Below, one piece after another: positions 26,021 to 35,815 of a stretch of 42,754 nucleotides of DNA. A model generated the notes under the pieces. The model searched no databases. It had not been told where the DNA came from and saw nothing but the letters and a program-made list of their open reading frames with translations. Location of the stretch: positions 1 to 42,754 of IMG/VR virus record IMGVR_UViG_3300037424_000179; one strand, given 5' to 3'. How positions within the stretch are numbered: the first letter of the stretch is position 1; each line of letters begins with the position of its first letter. A program made the translations under genes and the position numbers. The stretch is from a virus (lineage: Duplodnaviria; Caudoviricetes).

Positions 26021-26180
26021 AATAACTAATTTACGACAGCAACATTTTGATCTTGATGTTGAACTCGGAGAAGTTTTGAACACAACGTCTTTTGAGATCA
26101 AGAGAATGATTGTCGCAAGAATCCCGCAGTTGATCGCAGAGATCAAAGCAGAGATGGCGGCAAGGGAAAATGATATCTGA
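25983..26180 (+). CDS. Small hypothetical protein
   Basis: SD GGAGG; bridges the portal and MuF genes. Confidence 0.55.
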   Translation: MAVAKLGQASHNEITNLRQQHFDLDVELGEVLNTTSFEIKRMIVARIPQLIAEIKAEMAARENDI

Positions 26181-27417
26181 AGCAGTAAAAGTTAAACCGA
26201 ACCTGGGAGGGGCCGGATATAACCGACCCGTTGTTAGTGTTGTTTGGACACCGGCACTTAAGAAGATTAATAACCGTTATCCTTCGGCACTGAAATCAAA
26301 GAAGTGGGCAGAGATAGTCAAACTTGTTAATTCGGATCAGGTTGAGTTGGCCATGGACCTGGCCAGGACGACCGAGAACTCCCCTGAGATTAAATTCAGG
26401 AACACATTAACTAGACGGACAAGGGTTGAACGGACAGCATGGTTCACGAGGATGGCACAAGGCGATAGGGAATTAAGGGCATTGTTTACAACATTCGCAG
26501 ATAGGATTGCTCCCTACATAGAGAAAAATGCTACAAGCATTGGAAACATAGCGAGGATAAATATCCGAGTGCATGAGATGGTGACAGAGCTAAGGGTAAA
26601 CCTGAGATCATGGTTAAATAGATTGGTGAGAGATACAGCGAAGATTGCTTTACGGGCTAAGGGTGATGCACTCAAACCCATATTTAAGAACAGCCAGGAA
26701 GCCTTTGAAGAATCGTTTGGATGCACACTCGAAACAATACTTGAAGCGTTTCAGATCGGTGAGGAAAGGACGTTATCAGAAGCAACAAAGCCAAAGTTGG
26801 CAACGATATATATCAAGACAGGGTTGGCTTCTATCAGCCCTGCGATTAAAAGCTCTTCTCTGAAATGGAAGGGTGTTCAGAAGAAAGTATTGAAAACAAT
26901 TTTAAAAAAGAACATAACAGGATTAAATCCTTCAACGAGGATATGGGATATTACTCAATCCGTTGAGCAAACATTAAAGAGGACGATTGCTACAGAGATT
27001 GCGAAAGGAACATCGTCCAATAAGATTGCCCGTAACATTAAAATTTATGTGAACCCAACCAAGTTGGCTCCCGTTGATACCGGAGCACTTGGGCCAGGTG
27101 TATATAAGAGCGCATATAAGAATGCGAGAAGGTTGGCGGTCACGGAAACAAACAGAGCATATGCCAAGGCATCCGGAGAGTTTGCAAAGGCCAAGCCCTG
27201 GATCATTGGAAAAGAATTTCATCTCTCGGGTTCGCACAAGATGAGTGACGAATGTGATTCGTGGGATGGTCAGATAGTTTCCGTCGATGAATATAATGAC
27301 ATGGTTGACTCGGGACAGTTTCCTTTCCATCCGCATTGTATGTGCTACGACACCGACGTCATTGATGAGAACTATTTGGATAAGTCAGAAATAACAGACG
27401 AGGAGGAGGCGGCATGA
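26170..27417 (+). CDS. Head morphogenesis protein (MuF/SPP1 gp7-like)
   Basis: ARRLAVTETNRAY...CDSWDG...PFHPHCMC. Confidence 0.85.
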   Translation: MISEAVKVKPNLGGAGYNRPVVSVVWTPALKKINNRYPSALKSKKWAEIVKLVNSDQVELAMDLARTTENSPEIKFRNTLTRRTRVERTAWFTRMAQGDRELRALFTTFADRIAPYIEKNATSIGNIARINIRVHEMVTELRVNLRSWLNRLVRDTAKIALRAKGDALKPIFKNSQEAFEESFGCTLETILEAFQIGEERTLSEATKPKLATIYIKTGLASISPAIKSSSLKWKGVQKKVLKTILKKNITGLNPSTRIWDITQSVEQTLKRTIATEIAKGTSSNKIARNIKIYVNPTKLAPVDTGALGPGVYKSAYKNARRLAVTETNRAYAKASGEFAKAKPWIIGKEFHLSGSHKMSDECDSWDGQIVSVDEYNDMVDSGQFPFHPHCMCYDTDVIDENYLDKSEITDEEEAA

Positions 27418-28358
27418 AGAAGAATGGATTTAGAAAATTTGAATTTGAATCTGACCTGACAGAATCGGTCGGAGGTGCAAGCATCCAAACGGATGCAGGC
27501 ATTATTGGCGGTGTTGTTTTGTTGACTGGTGAGAAGGTATCTAGGAACAAAACATTCTATACAAAGAAAGCACTTAACGAGGCTGTCGCCCGATATGAAG
27601 GTGCAAAAATGTATATCGACCACCCCAAACCGGATGAAGGATCGACCAGGAGCGTGCGTGACTTGGGCGGTACATATAAAAATGTCCGTATCGAGGAAGG
27701 CAAGTTTCTTAAGGCGGATCTTTATCTATTGCCAAACCCTGAGATCAGAAATCTGGTGATTCCTATTGCTGAGTCAAAGCCTAACGGCGTCGGACTGTCA
27801 ATTAGGGATAGGGGAAAAGGTAGAGATGAGAACGGTGTATTCCTGGTTGAGGGCTTTGCCCCTAAAGGGCCATTCTCTATTGATCTCGTAACAGAAGCAT
27901 CTGTGAACGAGACGTTGTTTGAATCCACTGAAGGAGGAGAAGAAGATATGAAAATCGAAGACATCAAAATCGAAGACCTCCAAAGCGGGAATCCATCACT
28001 CATCGAATCTATAAGAGCCGATGAACGGGCAACCGTTTTGAAGGAGTACGACGAAAAAATTAAGAAGGGTGAATCTGCTGACAAGATTATTCTTGAAGCG
28101 CAGAAGCTCGCCATTCTGACATCTGCTAAATTGCCAGAAGATCATTCCGCTATGTTGAAAGAAATCATCATCAGCGAAACTGTCACCCTGGAACAAGCAG
28201 GAGTTATTATTAATAAACACAAAGAGTTAGTTGAAAAATTGACTCTGACCAAACCAGATCCAAAAGTGAAAAATGCTGGAGGATCTAAAGATGGGAACTT
28301 GGAAGAAGGTAACGAAGTGACCGATGAAGAACTCATCGAAGCACTCGTTAGAGCTTAA
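27414..28358 (+). CDS. Prohead protease / scaffold fusion
   Basis: SRNKTFY, MYIDHP, VGLSI, SIDLVTEAS protease motifs; acidic helical C-terminal half with a possible internal start (GGAGG..ATG 27948). Confidence 0.8.
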   Translation: MKKNGFRKFEFESDLTESVGGASIQTDAGIIGGVVLLTGEKVSRNKTFYTKKALNEAVARYEGAKMYIDHPKPDEGSTRSVRDLGGTYKNVRIEEGKFLKADLYLLPNPEIRNLVIPIAESKPNGVGLSIRDRGKGRDENGVFLVEGFAPKGPFSIDLVTEASVNETLFESTEGGEEDMKIEDIKIEDLQSGNPSLIESIRADERATVLKEYDEKIKKGESADKIILEAQKLAILTSAKLPEDHSAMLKEIIISETVTLEQAGVIINKHKELVEKLTLTKPDPKVKNAGGSKDGNLEEGNEVTDEELIEALVRA

Positions 28359-28376
28359 TAAAGGAGGACACAGAAA

Positions 28377-28793
28377 ATGTCAAATGTATTCAGCAAAAGA
28401 ACAGGGTTCGAATTGAATCGAGCCTATCCTGTGGGCTCTGGGGTTCTCATCGAACCAGGAGACCTATTAAAATTGTCAGGCGGGAAAGTTACCGCTATGA
28501 CTGCGGCGTCGGACAATCTCACTTTCATCGGGAAAGCTGTGGAAGCACACCAAGCGACTCTCGGCTCCGGTGAGATTACTGTATCACTCGCAAACGGCAA
28601 CGTGATATTTGAATATGACTTGGATGCGGCAACAGACATCGCTGTTAATGATGAACTTCAATGGGCTACGAAGCAATCATTGAAAAAGTCTGCTACCGAT
28701 CCAATCGCTGTTGCTGTGGAATCGAAACTCCAAGCCACTTCCATTCGGTGCGTGTTGAAAATACCTGCGCTCTTGGTTGGGGATGCGAGCTAA
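28377..28793 (+). CDS. Capsid decoration/cement protein
   Basis: Between protease and MCP; IEPGDLL, FIGKAV, IAVNDEL, IAVAV pattern. Confidence 0.7.
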   Translation: MSNVFSKRTGFELNRAYPVGSGVLIEPGDLLKLSGGKVTAMTAASDNLTFIGKAVEAHQATLGSGEITVSLANGNVIFEYDLDAATDIAVNDELQWATKQSLKKSATDPIAVAVESKLQATSIRCVLKIPALLVGDAS

Positions 28794-28820
28794 CGATAAT
28801 CTCAAAGGAGGACAAATACA

Positions 28821-29885
28821 ATGTCAAAAGAATTAGTAAATCTCGTTGAGGCATACGAGACAAAGTTTAGCAACCGCAAAGTTGCTCATGCCGAAATCGG
28901 TAAAAAGATCAGATCTCTTATCGAAGAAAAGAAATTGGATGTGGATCGGATATCCTTCAAAGGATTGTGGGAACAGACTGTTGAGAAAAGAGACTTGTCA
29001 GAAAACCTGACCAGCTCTGCCTTTCCAGTTATCGCCGGAGAAATCATCAGCAAAGTTATGATTGATGCCTATACCGTATTCCCTAAGGTCGGTGATTCTC
29101 TCGTTCGCACCGTTCCTTCTCGTTTGAAAGAATCCAAAATCGCCGGATGGAAAGCTATTGGGATCATTAAACAGGTTCACGAAAGAGAATCTTATTCCCA
29201 GGTTACACCGCCCGACGAAAAATATGTTCGCATTGCCAATGAAAAATTCGGTGGTCTTTTAGACCTGACCAAAGAAGCTATCTTCTTTGACCAAACCGGA
29301 GAACTCATTGATCGTGCCCGTATGCTCGGAGAAGAAGGCGCACGTTTCCGAGAAGAAAAAATCATGAACTGTGTCACCGATACTCTCTCCAAGTCTTATG
29401 ACCTTGGTGAATTGTATTCTTCTGGTAATGGCAATCTCAAAACTTCCAACCCGCTTGGAACTTCTGGATGGCAGAACGTTCATGTGTCTTTGCTTGAAAA
29501 GAAAGACGAAGAGAATAAGCCAATTTGGGTGATGGGTGATCGGCCAGTGATGGTCATCCCTGCCAACCTGTGGCCTACCGCTGAGAAATTGGTTCGCAAT
29601 GAACGGGGAGACCTGGGAACTGCGAATCTTGATGTCAACTTGGCTCGCAATATGTTTGACATCATCGTGAATCCTTACCTCGCTTCCGGTTCAACGACCT
29701 GGTGGTACGGTGGATTCAAACGTCAATTCCGATGGGAAGAAATCTGGCCTCTTGAAACTTATTCGAGAGTTGGTCAGGACACGGAAGACGGATTCAACAA
29801 AGACGTTATTCAGCAATTCAAAGTATCCTTCTATGGTGGATGCGGTGCGGCTGATACGAAGTACGTCTATGAAAACCAAGCGTAA
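28821..29885 (+). CDS. Major capsid protein (HK97 fold, Mu gpT-like)
   Basis: 354 aa; TSSAFP, KFGGLLDLTKEAIFFD, LGEEGAR, MVIP, IIVNPYL; strong SD. Confidence 0.88.
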   Translation: MSKELVNLVEAYETKFSNRKVAHAEIGKKIRSLIEEKKLDVDRISFKGLWEQTVEKRDLSENLTSSAFPVIAGEIISKVMIDAYTVFPKVGDSLVRTVPSRLKESKIAGWKAIGIIKQVHERESYSQVTPPDEKYVRIANEKFGGLLDLTKEAIFFDQTGELIDRARMLGEEGARFREEKIMNCVTDTLSKSYDLGELYSSGNGNLKTSNPLGTSGWQNVHVSLLEKKDEENKPIWVMGDRPVMVIPANLWPTAEKLVRNERGDLGTANLDVNLARNMFDIIVNPYLASGSTTWWYGGFKRQFRWEEIWPLETYSRVGQDTEDGFNKDVIQQFKVSFYGGCGAADTKYVYENQA

Positions 29886-29896
29886 GGAGAAATAAA

Positions 29897-30211
29897 ATGA
29901 ACAAAAGCACATTCTTAGCAGTTGCATTTGGAATGATTGCGTTTGTCGGCCTTGCGCTCGGTGCTTACACAACATTCACTGATCTGAAAACGACTGGTGA
30001 TATGTTGGTTGGGGATACGTTAACTGTTGTTGGGGATACCGTTCTCGGTGGGCCTGCAACAGCAGATTATATTATTCTCTCGGAAGCTGTTAATGTTGCG
30101 GTGACAACCCCTACTGTGGTTGGGCAACTTGTTCGCAATGCGAGCTTCGTTGTTTATATTGCAAGCGGAACAGCCGGCGTAAGCCAGTGGATCAAGGTAG
30201 GAGCGCAGTAA
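29897..30211 (+). CDS. Structural/accessory protein with a signal-peptide-like N-terminus
   Basis: MNKSTFLAVAFGMIAFVGLALG followed by xGD beta-repeats (TGDMLVGDTLTVVGD). Confidence 0.65.
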   Translation: MNKSTFLAVAFGMIAFVGLALGAYTTFTDLKTTGDMLVGDTLTVVGDTVLGGPATADYIILSEAVNVAVTTPTVVGQLVRNASFVVYIASGTAGVSQWIKVGAQ

Positions 30212-30218
30212 ATTATCA

Positions 30219-30258
30219 GGACTAATCCCTGGGGGGAGAAATCCCCCTGGGGTTGTCC
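30219..30258 (+). other. GAAA-capped long hairpin after the capsid genes (terminator-like, no U-tract)
   Basis: GGACTAATCCCTGGGGGGA-GAAA-TCCCCCTGGGGTTGTCC. Confidence 0.65.
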
Positions 30259-30272
30259 ATTAGGAGAATAAG

Positions 30273-30644
30273 ATGGCGAATAAACTAATTAACAGAGAGA
30301 TTGTTAAATCATCTCCACGATCTGTTTTTCTTATCACTGGATCAATTGACACGGCAGAAACAGCCGTAACCAAGATTGACATTTCAGCTTTGATCGGTGC
30401 GCCGACACGAATAAGGATTCTTTCTATTGAAGGCAATACGGAAGGATTGAATGTCCAGTTATCTTTTGATCGTGCGACGAATGGTGATGCGTGTGTTATT
30501 GCTGGATCAATTAATTTAGACGATCCGATCGAAGATATTGGAACTGGGGCCGGAACAGGAGACTTGCTTTTATCGACTCTTGATTTAGCCTCGGGAGGCA
30601 ATAGAGGTTATACCCTGCGCATTTGTGTTGAGGAAAAAGTCTAA
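30273..30644 (+). CDS. Putative virion accessory protein
   Basis: SD AGGAG; beta-rich; GAGTGDLLLST. Confidence 0.6.
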   Translation: MANKLINREIVKSSPRSVFLITGSIDTAETAVTKIDISALIGAPTRIRILSIEGNTEGLNVQLSFDRATNGDACVIAGSINLDDPIEDIGTGAGTGDLLLSTLDLASGGNRGYTLRICVEEKV

Positions 30645-30901
30645 TGACCGACGTTGAGATCTGGGCGCTACAGCAATTCAGTGCGTCTGGGTCAGATGTG
30701 CGAATGTATTATACGACCATATTGGCCGATGAGAAGATGGAATACATTGCCGTCAGTCCTGCTGTGGGTGCGCCCACGAGCTATAAGGTGTGGTACATTG
30801 GGAAACTTTATTACAGCGAAACGACAGGATGTATGATTCGGTTCGTTAAGTTATCAACGCAGGAAATTCTTGATAACAGGGCGAGCTTATTCCCTGTTTA
30901 G
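30644..30901 (+). CDS. Small putative virion protein
   Basis: TAATG coupling; VWYIGKLYY...DNRASL pattern. Confidence 0.6.
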   Translation: MTDVEIWALQQFSASGSDVRMYYTTILADEKMEYIAVSPAVGAPTSYKVWYIGKLYYSETTGCMIRFVKLSTQEILDNRASLFPV

Positions 30902-30910
30902 GGTGGAGAA

Positions 30911-31321
30911 ATGGGATGCAATTTAACACCAATATTAAATCCGTTCACTGGAAGGCTCCAACTAATAGGGCAAGTCAGTGGCGGTGGGAGTGGAACCGTG
31001 GTTAGCCCTGCAACCGTATTGGCCAAAGCCATAGCCTCATCCGTTCCTTCCTCAACGAAAACCACTGTCGTGACCCTTACCGCCTCGGTTGACACCTACA
31101 TTACGGCCATCATCGGATCAGGGATGGAGTATGGGAAGTGGTTCATAGTCATTGATTCTGTGGATCAAGCTATAAGGCGTGGAGGTTCTGACCGTGATGT
31201 GATTTGGGAATTCACCAATCCGTTGAAGGTCAGTAGCGGTTCGATTATTGATGTGAAGGTTGAACATTTCGTGACCGGACAGAATCCAGATTTTGAAGCG
31301 TCGATATTGGGATACGTATAA
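30911..31321 (+). CDS. Putative virion accessory protein
   Basis: N-terminal LNPFTGRLQ plus Gly linker and a beta-sandwich-like body (FTNPLKV). Confidence 0.6.
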   Translation: MGCNLTPILNPFTGRLQLIGQVSGGGSGTVVSPATVLAKAIASSVPSSTKTTVVTLTASVDTYITAIIGSGMEYGKWFIVIDSVDQAIRRGGSDRDVIWEFTNPLKVSSGSIIDVKVEHFVTGQNPDFEASILGYV

Positions 31322-31569
31322 TGGCCGACATTGGAATTCCTAAAAACTATTTGGTTGTCCCTACAAAAGAAATTGACGAGATGTGGATTCAGGTTCAGAT
31401 ACAGGAAAAGAAATCCATGATCGCAAGAAAGAATCAAGACATTGAAGATTTAAAAAAGGGACGCATACTGGATTTAGAAGCTCAGATTAAATTGCACGAG
31501 CTCGAAATAAAGAGCCTGGAAGCTAGACTAAAACAGTCCAAGGCTTCAATAGAAGCCAGGGCACTATAA
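31321..31569 (+). CDS. Small coiled-coil protein
   Basis: TAATG coupling; heptad pattern. Confidence 0.6.
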   Translation: MADIGIPKNYLVVPTKEIDEMWIQVQIQEKKSMIARKNQDIEDLKKGRILDLEAQIKLHELEIKSLEARLKQSKASIEARAL

Positions 31570-31587
31570 AAAAAGGAGGACAATGTC

Positions 31588-32754
31588 ATGGCAGATGGAC
31601 ATTTTCCAACATTAGTTTCCGCAACAAGAGATGCAAACGCAACAGCTAATCCAATATTCATTCAGATTACCGATGGAACAAATCTTATCGGGGTCACCGC
31701 ATCGAATGAGCTTAAGGTTATTCTCGGAGCAAACTCCGGTGTCGATATCGGTGATGTTGATGTCACCAGTGTTATTCCTGGGGTTGGAGCTACCAATCTT
31801 GGCAAGGCAATCGGTGCTGTGGCAGGTGCTACTGATACCGCCGTCCCTGCACTCGCTATTCGTGACGACGCTCTTACCACCTTGGCTGATGCCGATGGTG
31901 ACTATGTAGGATTGAGAACCACATCCACAGGGGCATTGTGGGTTGCGACAACCACAGCAGGGAATTCAAATATTGTAGCCGACGACTCGGCCTTTACCGT
32001 TGGAACGTCATTCGTTGGTGTTAATGGTTATCTGGCAGATGAAACAGCTCCGGATTCTGTTGACGAAGGAGACATCGGTGCGGCTCGGATGACCCTTGAC
32101 CGTAAACAGTTGATGGTTATTGTTGATCCAACCACAGATGCAAACAGATTGGCAATTGATGCGAGTGGATATGCAACAGCCAATATTAACGGGACCGTTA
32201 CCGTTACCGCAACGGCCTTGGATATTCGGACGATTACCAAAGCCACCGATTCGATTCAGATATCCAAAGATACTTCGGCCAATGCGACCGGAAATGGAAT
32301 CTTTGTCGAAATCGATGCCATCAAATCGGGATTGTATTTGCCTATCTCTAAGAACTCCTCAATTAACTCGGAAGCCAACCCAATCTGGGTGCAGACAACG
32401 ACCTCTGGAGTTTCTGGAAATGAGGTTCAGTCTTACAACACAGGTTCTGCAATCGCTTCTGACACCGCATCGAATCATGATTACACGGTCACTGGAACAA
32501 CGTTCTTGTTGAAAAGTGTTATTGGTTCTTTCTCTGGCGGTGGTAAAATTGAAGTGCAATCAGGCCCAGTCGCTTCTTTGACAACGAAGGCAGTTGCTTT
32601 TGTTTCAAAGGAAGGTGGGACTGAGCAGTTATTTTTTGATCCACCTATTGAAGTGCCTGCGACATCGACCGGAACGGTCAGAGTCATTCGCACCAATAGA
32701 CAGGGACAGGCTCAAGATGTTTATTCAACTATTATCGGAAACGATGTAGCTTAA
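31588..32754 (+). CDS. Thr/Ser/Ala/Asp-rich putative head fibre/spike protein
   Basis: 388 aa; internal repeats ANATANPIFIQ / ANATGNGIFVE / INSEANPIWVQ; strong SD AAGGAGG. Confidence 0.65.
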   Translation: MADGHFPTLVSATRDANATANPIFIQITDGTNLIGVTASNELKVILGANSGVDIGDVDVTSVIPGVGATNLGKAIGAVAGATDTAVPALAIRDDALTTLADADGDYVGLRTTSTGALWVATTTAGNSNIVADDSAFTVGTSFVGVNGYLADETAPDSVDEGDIGAARMTLDRKQLMVIVDPTTDANRLAIDASGYATANINGTVTVTATALDIRTITKATDSIQISKDTSANATGNGIFVEIDAIKSGLYLPISKNSSINSEANPIWVQTTTSGVSGNEVQSYNTGSAIASDTASNHDYTVTGTTFLLKSVIGSFSGGGKIEVQSGPVASLTTKAVAFVSKEGGTEQLFFDPPIEVPATSTGTVRVIRTNRQGQAQDVYSTIIGNDVA

Positions 32755-32759
32755 TAATT

Positions 32760-32818
32760 TGGAGTGGTGGGGTTGGGCTCTTACTTCGGCGTTCGAGTCT
32801 GACCTCACCTTCCATTTT
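32760..32818 (+). terminator. Putative intrinsic terminator
   Basis: TGGAG-T-GGTGGGGTTGGGCTC pairs with GAGTCTGACCTCACC-TTCCA, then TTTT. Confidence 0.65.
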
Positions 32819-32841
32819 AAAAAATAAAACTTGGAGGACAC

Positions 32842-33078
32842 ATGGCAGACTTACCAATCGAAGGAAAAGATAAAGAGAATATGAAAGAAACAATTACCAA
32901 GACACCAATCAAAGAGGAATTGAAAAAAACAGGCGGTCAGGTTCAGATCATCCCATCAGCACAAGGGAATGAGTTGGTTGTTCTCGTGCAGGTGCTTGCA
33001 AGCATCAATCAGAATCTCTCTTTCCTAGCCTCAACGATCTACAACCATTTTAATCCAGCAGGAAAGAAAAATGGGTGA
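32842..33078 (+). CDS. Small hypothetical protein
   Basis: AACTTGGAGG RBS. Confidence 0.55.
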   Translation: MADLPIEGKDKENMKETITKTPIKEELKKTGGQVQIIPSAQGNELVVLVQVLASINQNLSFLASTIYNHFNPAGKKNG

Positions 33079-33754
33079 TATCCCCAACGTAGAGAAAGAC
33101 AGAATTGTCATTGAAGGGCCAACTGGTAATGATCAAAAGGTCAGTGCCACTGGATCAACGCAGGTCAACTTGTTTGATGATAGTGGGGCAATCCTTCTTG
33201 GTCAGAAGGCAATGACGCTCTCCCTGCCTGTCGTATTAGCATCAGACCACTCCATCATTGATGTTCAAACCAGAGCGGAAGCGGCGGGAGCGAATGATCG
33301 TCTTTTTGTTTTGAATTCAGAAATAACTCTTGGGGCAGCGGAAGAACCTCTCATGCTGATAACGAATCCTGGTGGGAGCGGGTATAAGATCCTTTTTCAA
33401 GACCTGCAGGTTTCGTGCATCGATGTCGGGAACGGGGAATCGGCCATCAGGATTTATAAAACGCCAACGATTACAGCGAACGGGACAGCGAACTCAGCAA
33501 AGCCAATCCGTGTCGGGGCGACACTTCCGACGTCTGCAACAAACTCTTACGATCAGCCGACCATCTCTTCAAACGGAACAAGGATGTACACTTTTTATAT
33601 TACGGGCGGCCCAGCGAGCGGTGGAACATACATGTACAACTTCCAATCGAAATTCATTCTTGACCCTGGTTATTCCATACTCCTAACGGGAGATGCCGAC
33701 GGAACAGGTCGATTGATTGGCACGAACATTGTTTGGGCGGAGGAGGCGGTCTAA
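33071..33754 (+). CDS. Putative virion accessory protein
   Basis: GQKAMTLSLPVVLASD motif, LITNPGGSG, ILDPGYSILL, terminal WAEE; Thr/Gly-rich. Confidence 0.65.
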   Translation: MGDIPNVEKDRIVIEGPTGNDQKVSATGSTQVNLFDDSGAILLGQKAMTLSLPVVLASDHSIIDVQTRAEAAGANDRLFVLNSEITLGAAEEPLMLITNPGGSGYKILFQDLQVSCIDVGNGESAIRIYKTPTITANGTANSAKPIRVGATLPTSATNSYDQPTISSNGTRMYTFYITGGPASGGTYMYNFQSKFILDPGYSILLTGDADGTGRLIGTNIVWAEEAV

Positions 33755-34155
33755 TGTATGTGAATTTCAACGAAAAAGATTATGTGTTCAAGGGCGATGG
33801 CGTAAAATCCACAGCGACAAAAAATACCACAACGAACATTGATTTTGAAGTCGAGGACAATTTTATCTACGTTAACGGGGCTGAGTTTATTCAAGCGAAC
33901 GCCGTGTTTGGCGATTACGTTGAGTGCAAGATTGTCGACATAGATAATGTCCTCGGATATGGAGCTGGCACTGTCCTGACGCAGTACATAACAAAATGGT
34001 ATATCGATCCATCAACAACACGGTTCTGTTTGGAATCACCTTATGCGGGGAATGTTCCGAACGGGTGTTATATGCGTGTCATCTATCACAGCGTCGGGAC
34101 AGTCAATGACGTGGATGTTGCGGTGAATTATTTTTTTCATAAATGTGGAGCATGA
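33754..34155 (+). CDS. Putative virion accessory protein
   Basis: Start ATG 33754 (TAATG); GDYVECKIVDIDNVLGYGAGTVL...MRVIYHSVGT. Confidence 0.6.
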   Translation: MYVNFNEKDYVFKGDGVKSTATKNTTTNIDFEVEDNFIYVNGAEFIQANAVFGDYVECKIVDIDNVLGYGAGTVLTQYITKWYIDPSTTRFCLESPYAGNVPNGCYMRVIYHSVGTVNDVDVAVNYFFHKCGA

Positions 34156-34370
34156 GGGTAATAGGTACGAAAAAAATAACCAGCGGAATATTAATAGCTG
34201 TATCACTTGGGTTGATTGTGTGGGATGTTTTTATGGCTGGAAACGCTACGCATGGCGACACGATATCTGAAATCGTTTTGAATTTTGCTTTCAATAACCC
34301 ATCAATACCTTTCGCATTAGGGTGCATAATGGGACACTTGTTTTGGCCACAATTGGTCAAGGAGGATTAA
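34152..34370 (+). CDS. Small two-helix membrane protein
   Basis: ATGA coupling; ILIAVSLGLIVWD..DTISE..IPFALGCIMGHLFW. Confidence 0.6.
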   Translation: MRVIGTKKITSGILIAVSLGLIVWDVFMAGNATHGDTISEIVLNFAFNNPSIPFALGCIMGHLFWPQLVKED

Positions 34371-34637
34371 ATGGGATACGATCAAACAACTTTAGAAACA
34401 CAACTTACTTTGATACAGACTGCGATTTCAACCGCCCTTGCCAACCCTAGGCCTGATTGGTCTGTTGGCCAGGTGAAGATGAGCCAGGGTGGATATTTAA
34501 AAATGCTTTTCGAACAACAGGACAGCATCATTAAACAGCTTAAGGAAATTCCTGCCGAGGTTGTGAATACAGCAAACGATAGGGTGACCGCCTTCGGAGA
34601 AGATATGACTGAATACCACAATGAGGATTCCTTCTAA
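34371..34637 (+). CDS. Head-tail adaptor (gpW-like)
   Basis: Helix-hairpin-helix pattern LETQLTLIQTAI..WSVGQVKMS..YLKML; position; SD AAGGAGG. Confidence 0.55.
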   Translation: MGYDQTTLETQLTLIQTAISTALANPRPDWSVGQVKMSQGGYLKMLFEQQDSIIKQLKEIPAEVVNTANDRVTAFGEDMTEYHNEDSF

Positions 34638-35002
34638 TGGCTTCTCCATTCCTTCCAGGGATGAGAGCTGAGATTAAAGCCCTTATTTTAGAGTGGGGAA
34701 AGTCTACTAAGATCAGCAGATTCTCTGCTTCCGTTGCCACAGGTGGAAGGTTGTCCGGTTCTTTTGTTTCTGGAGCCACTGAACTTATTTGGATTCAGCC
34801 TGTCGGTGGATTCTCGGATGTGAAAGAGGCAGACCTCGACGAAGAAACAACGCACCTTTGCTTTCAGTATTGGAGCGGTTATAACATGAGAGCGAAAGAT
34901 CGTTTGCTCCCTAGCGGGGAGACACTCGAATATGATGTCATCAGATCGCATCTAAAAGAGTCACACCAATTTTCAGAATTGAAACAGGTTAGGAGAAGTT
35001 AA
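34637..35002 (+). CDS. Head-closure/stopper protein
   Basis: 121 aa; IWIQP, MRAKDRL..EYDVI; canonical position. Confidence 0.65.
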   Translation: MASPFLPGMRAEIKALILEWGKSTKISRFSASVATGGRLSGSFVSGATELIWIQPVGGFSDVKEADLDEETTHLCFQYWSGYNMRAKDRLLPSGETLEYDVIRSHLKESHQFSELKQVRRS

Positions 35003-35370
35003 TGGCGGATGTTCGAGGTGTTGAAACTATTATTTTTAACATGAAAAACTTTGAGAAGAGTAAACTTGCGAAGGTTAAATCTGCCATTGGAATGACACAG
35101 AGTTACATTTCTAACTATGCGAGAAGCAAACATCCATATACAGACAGAACAAGCAACCTGACAAGGTCAATTCAGCCAGGGGAAATAACTGTTGGCGATG
35201 ATGGAATTGTTGGTGAGATTGTAGCCAATATGGAATACGCCAAATATCTTGAAGGGAATCCATCAGAGGGCAAACTTGGTATAAGCGAAGGGAAATTTGC
35301 TTTTCTTGTCCCTGCTTTAAAAGCCAATGAAGGAATATTCAACGATCTTATGAGGAAGGCATTATTATGA
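35002..35370 (+). CDS. HK97 gp10-like tail completion protein
   Basis: PYTDRTSNLTRSI, NMEYAKYLEG, FLVPAL. Confidence 0.8.
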   Translation: MADVRGVETIIFNMKNFEKSKLAKVKSAIGMTQSYISNYARSKHPYTDRTSNLTRSIQPGEITVGDDGIVGEIVANMEYAKYLEGNPSEGKLGISEGKFAFLVPALKANEGIFNDLMRKALL

Positions 35371-35792
35371 AAGAAGTCGATGAGCTTATCTATCAAAGAT
35401 TAAAGAACGATTCTGGAATCATGGGACACCTAAGCAATCAGGTTGGCAGGATAGGATACGGATTCCAATTACAGGCCGGACTTAATAGCCCTCAGTTAAG
35501 ATATACGCAGGCGATTGGAAATCCTGGTAGATTGACCGGAGACTTTGCTAGAACACTCGAATACATTTATGAGTTTGGTGTTTGGTCTAACAGCAACGTG
35601 GATGTAATCAGCAGATTAAAAAGACTTTTTGATGGACACACGTTTACAATTTCGGGAACATCAGAGGCCGGAGCCGTCAGGAGTGTTTTCTTTTGGGACG
35701 GGCCAGATACATATGATGAAGGATTAGAGATAGGCCGAAAGGATGTCCAGTTTAAATTTTTCGTAATACCAAAAGCACAGAATCCAATATAG
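35367..35792 (+). CDS. Tail terminator protein
   Basis: ELIYQRLKND start, EFGVWS; directly before the tail tube gene. Confidence 0.7.
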   Translation: MKEVDELIYQRLKNDSGIMGHLSNQVGRIGYGFQLQAGLNSPQLRYTQAIGNPGRLTGDFARTLEYIYEFGVWSNSNVDVISRLKRLFDGHTFTISGTSEAGAVRSVFFWDGPDTYDEGLEIGRKDVQFKFFVIPKAQNPI

Positions 35793-35815
35793 GAATAAAG
35801 TAAGGAGGATTAATT

